Assembly: GCA_963766645.1 (NCBI GenBank) | Contig: CAVYAY010000002.1 | Span: 1,318,529-1,382,528, forward strand | Source: an uncultured Chloroflexia bacterium | Lineage (GTDB): Bacteria > Chloroflexota > Dehalococcoidia > DSTF01 > WHTK01 | DNA length: 64,000 nucleotides | Direction: 5' to 3' | Shown: one piece after another, positions 63,592-64,000 of the stretch | Layout: each line of letters starts with the position of its first letter | How positions within the stretch are numbered: position 1 is the first letter of the stretch | Translations under genes and position numbers: made by a program | Notes under the pieces: generated by a model | The model's database searches: none | What the model saw: only the letters and a program-made list of their open reading frames with translations | What the model was told of the DNA's origin: nothing

Positions 63592-64000
63592 CTAACGCAC
63601 GGATTCGAGGATTTGTAACAGGTCTTCGAGTGGGAAGTCGTCGCCGAGGCGACCGTGCGCCACGAAGTGGAAGTTGCCTTTGTCCCAGATCACAGCTACA
63701 TCGTCGCCGGACGCCTCTTGTAGCGTTGCCTGAGTGCCTTGCAGCGTGATCGGCTCTCCGCCCTGCGCGGGTGTCGCGCTGTAGCCGGGCAGGATCGCTG
63801 CGAGGGTCAATCGCGCCGGGCCGGCACCGAAGCCGTAATCGAGCGCGACGTTGGCGGAGCCGGTGCCTTCGATCAGGTTGCCGAGATTGGTGTTTCGGGT
63901 TACGACGACGCCCTGGAGCGTCATACCTGCCGTTTGGCGAGGATAAGGGACCTGGTGGCAGATGAACGCTTCGGCTTCCTGACGCGTGGCGAAGGACTCG
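63592..64000 (-). CDS. paralogue of 62933-63520 (5' end beyond window)
   Basis: The frame stays open to the window edge. EAEAFICHQVPYPRQTAG, TLQGTQATLQE..VIWDKG and the ending DFPLEDLLQILESVR parallel the neighbour. Confidence 0.5.
   Translation of the reverse strand, partial: ESFATRQEAEAFICHQVPYPRQTAGMTLQGVVVTRNTNLGNLIEGTGSANVALDYGFGAGPARLTLAAILPGYSATPAQGGEPITLQGTQATLQEASGDDVAVIWDKGNFHFVAHGRLGDDFPLEDLLQILESVR

Overview
High-GC (hand counts about 65% G+C) bacterial chromosomal segment whose gene content suggests a Terrabacteria lineage (Chloroflexota/Actinomycetota-like). All homology calls come from recognised motifs, not database searches. Left to right: a housekeeping/signalling block (DUF192, class II aldolase, CAP-domain protein, sterol-desaturase-like enzyme, Cache-HAMP histidine kinase with two receivers, DUF503, scpB, AmaP-like, MiaB/MtaB-type methylthiotransferase). 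Then a candidate Mn2+ riboswitch before a TerC gene, a tandem USP, and a metal/respiration block (NiCoT-like permease, caa3-type CtaG, CDF, thioredoxin-fold lipoprotein, cupredoxin, coxI, coxIII, coxII). Then tRNA-Phe, PAC2, an ABC ATPase with a 1135-aa double-FtsX permease, BNR and CAP lipoproteins, tRNA-Arg and tRNA-Leu beside a 96-bp tandem repeat, YceI and an FAD oxidoreductase. Next comes a four-gene SipW-type signal peptidase operon (TasA-like protein, peptidase, RTX-FN3-PT-rich protein, small exported protein) behind a ~500-nt structured leader, then tRNA-Val, a tandem EthD gene and a four-unit ~190-bp repeat array. An aromatic-catabolism-like cluster follows (dienelactone hydrolase, FAH, Rieske alpha/beta, two SDRs, dihydroxyphthalate-decarboxylase-like), then a split two-component system and a low-GC orphan ORF. 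Last come PrpD-like and two GT20 trehalose-6-P synthase genes, one behind a strong ydaO-class c-di-AMP riboswitch with terminator, then MFS, GNAT, YjbR and secreted paralogues. About 18 genes have broken reading frames, clustered in 1-11.9 kb and 51.6-61.3 kb, while the 30 kb between is clean. No CRISPR array, transposase or integrase was recognised.
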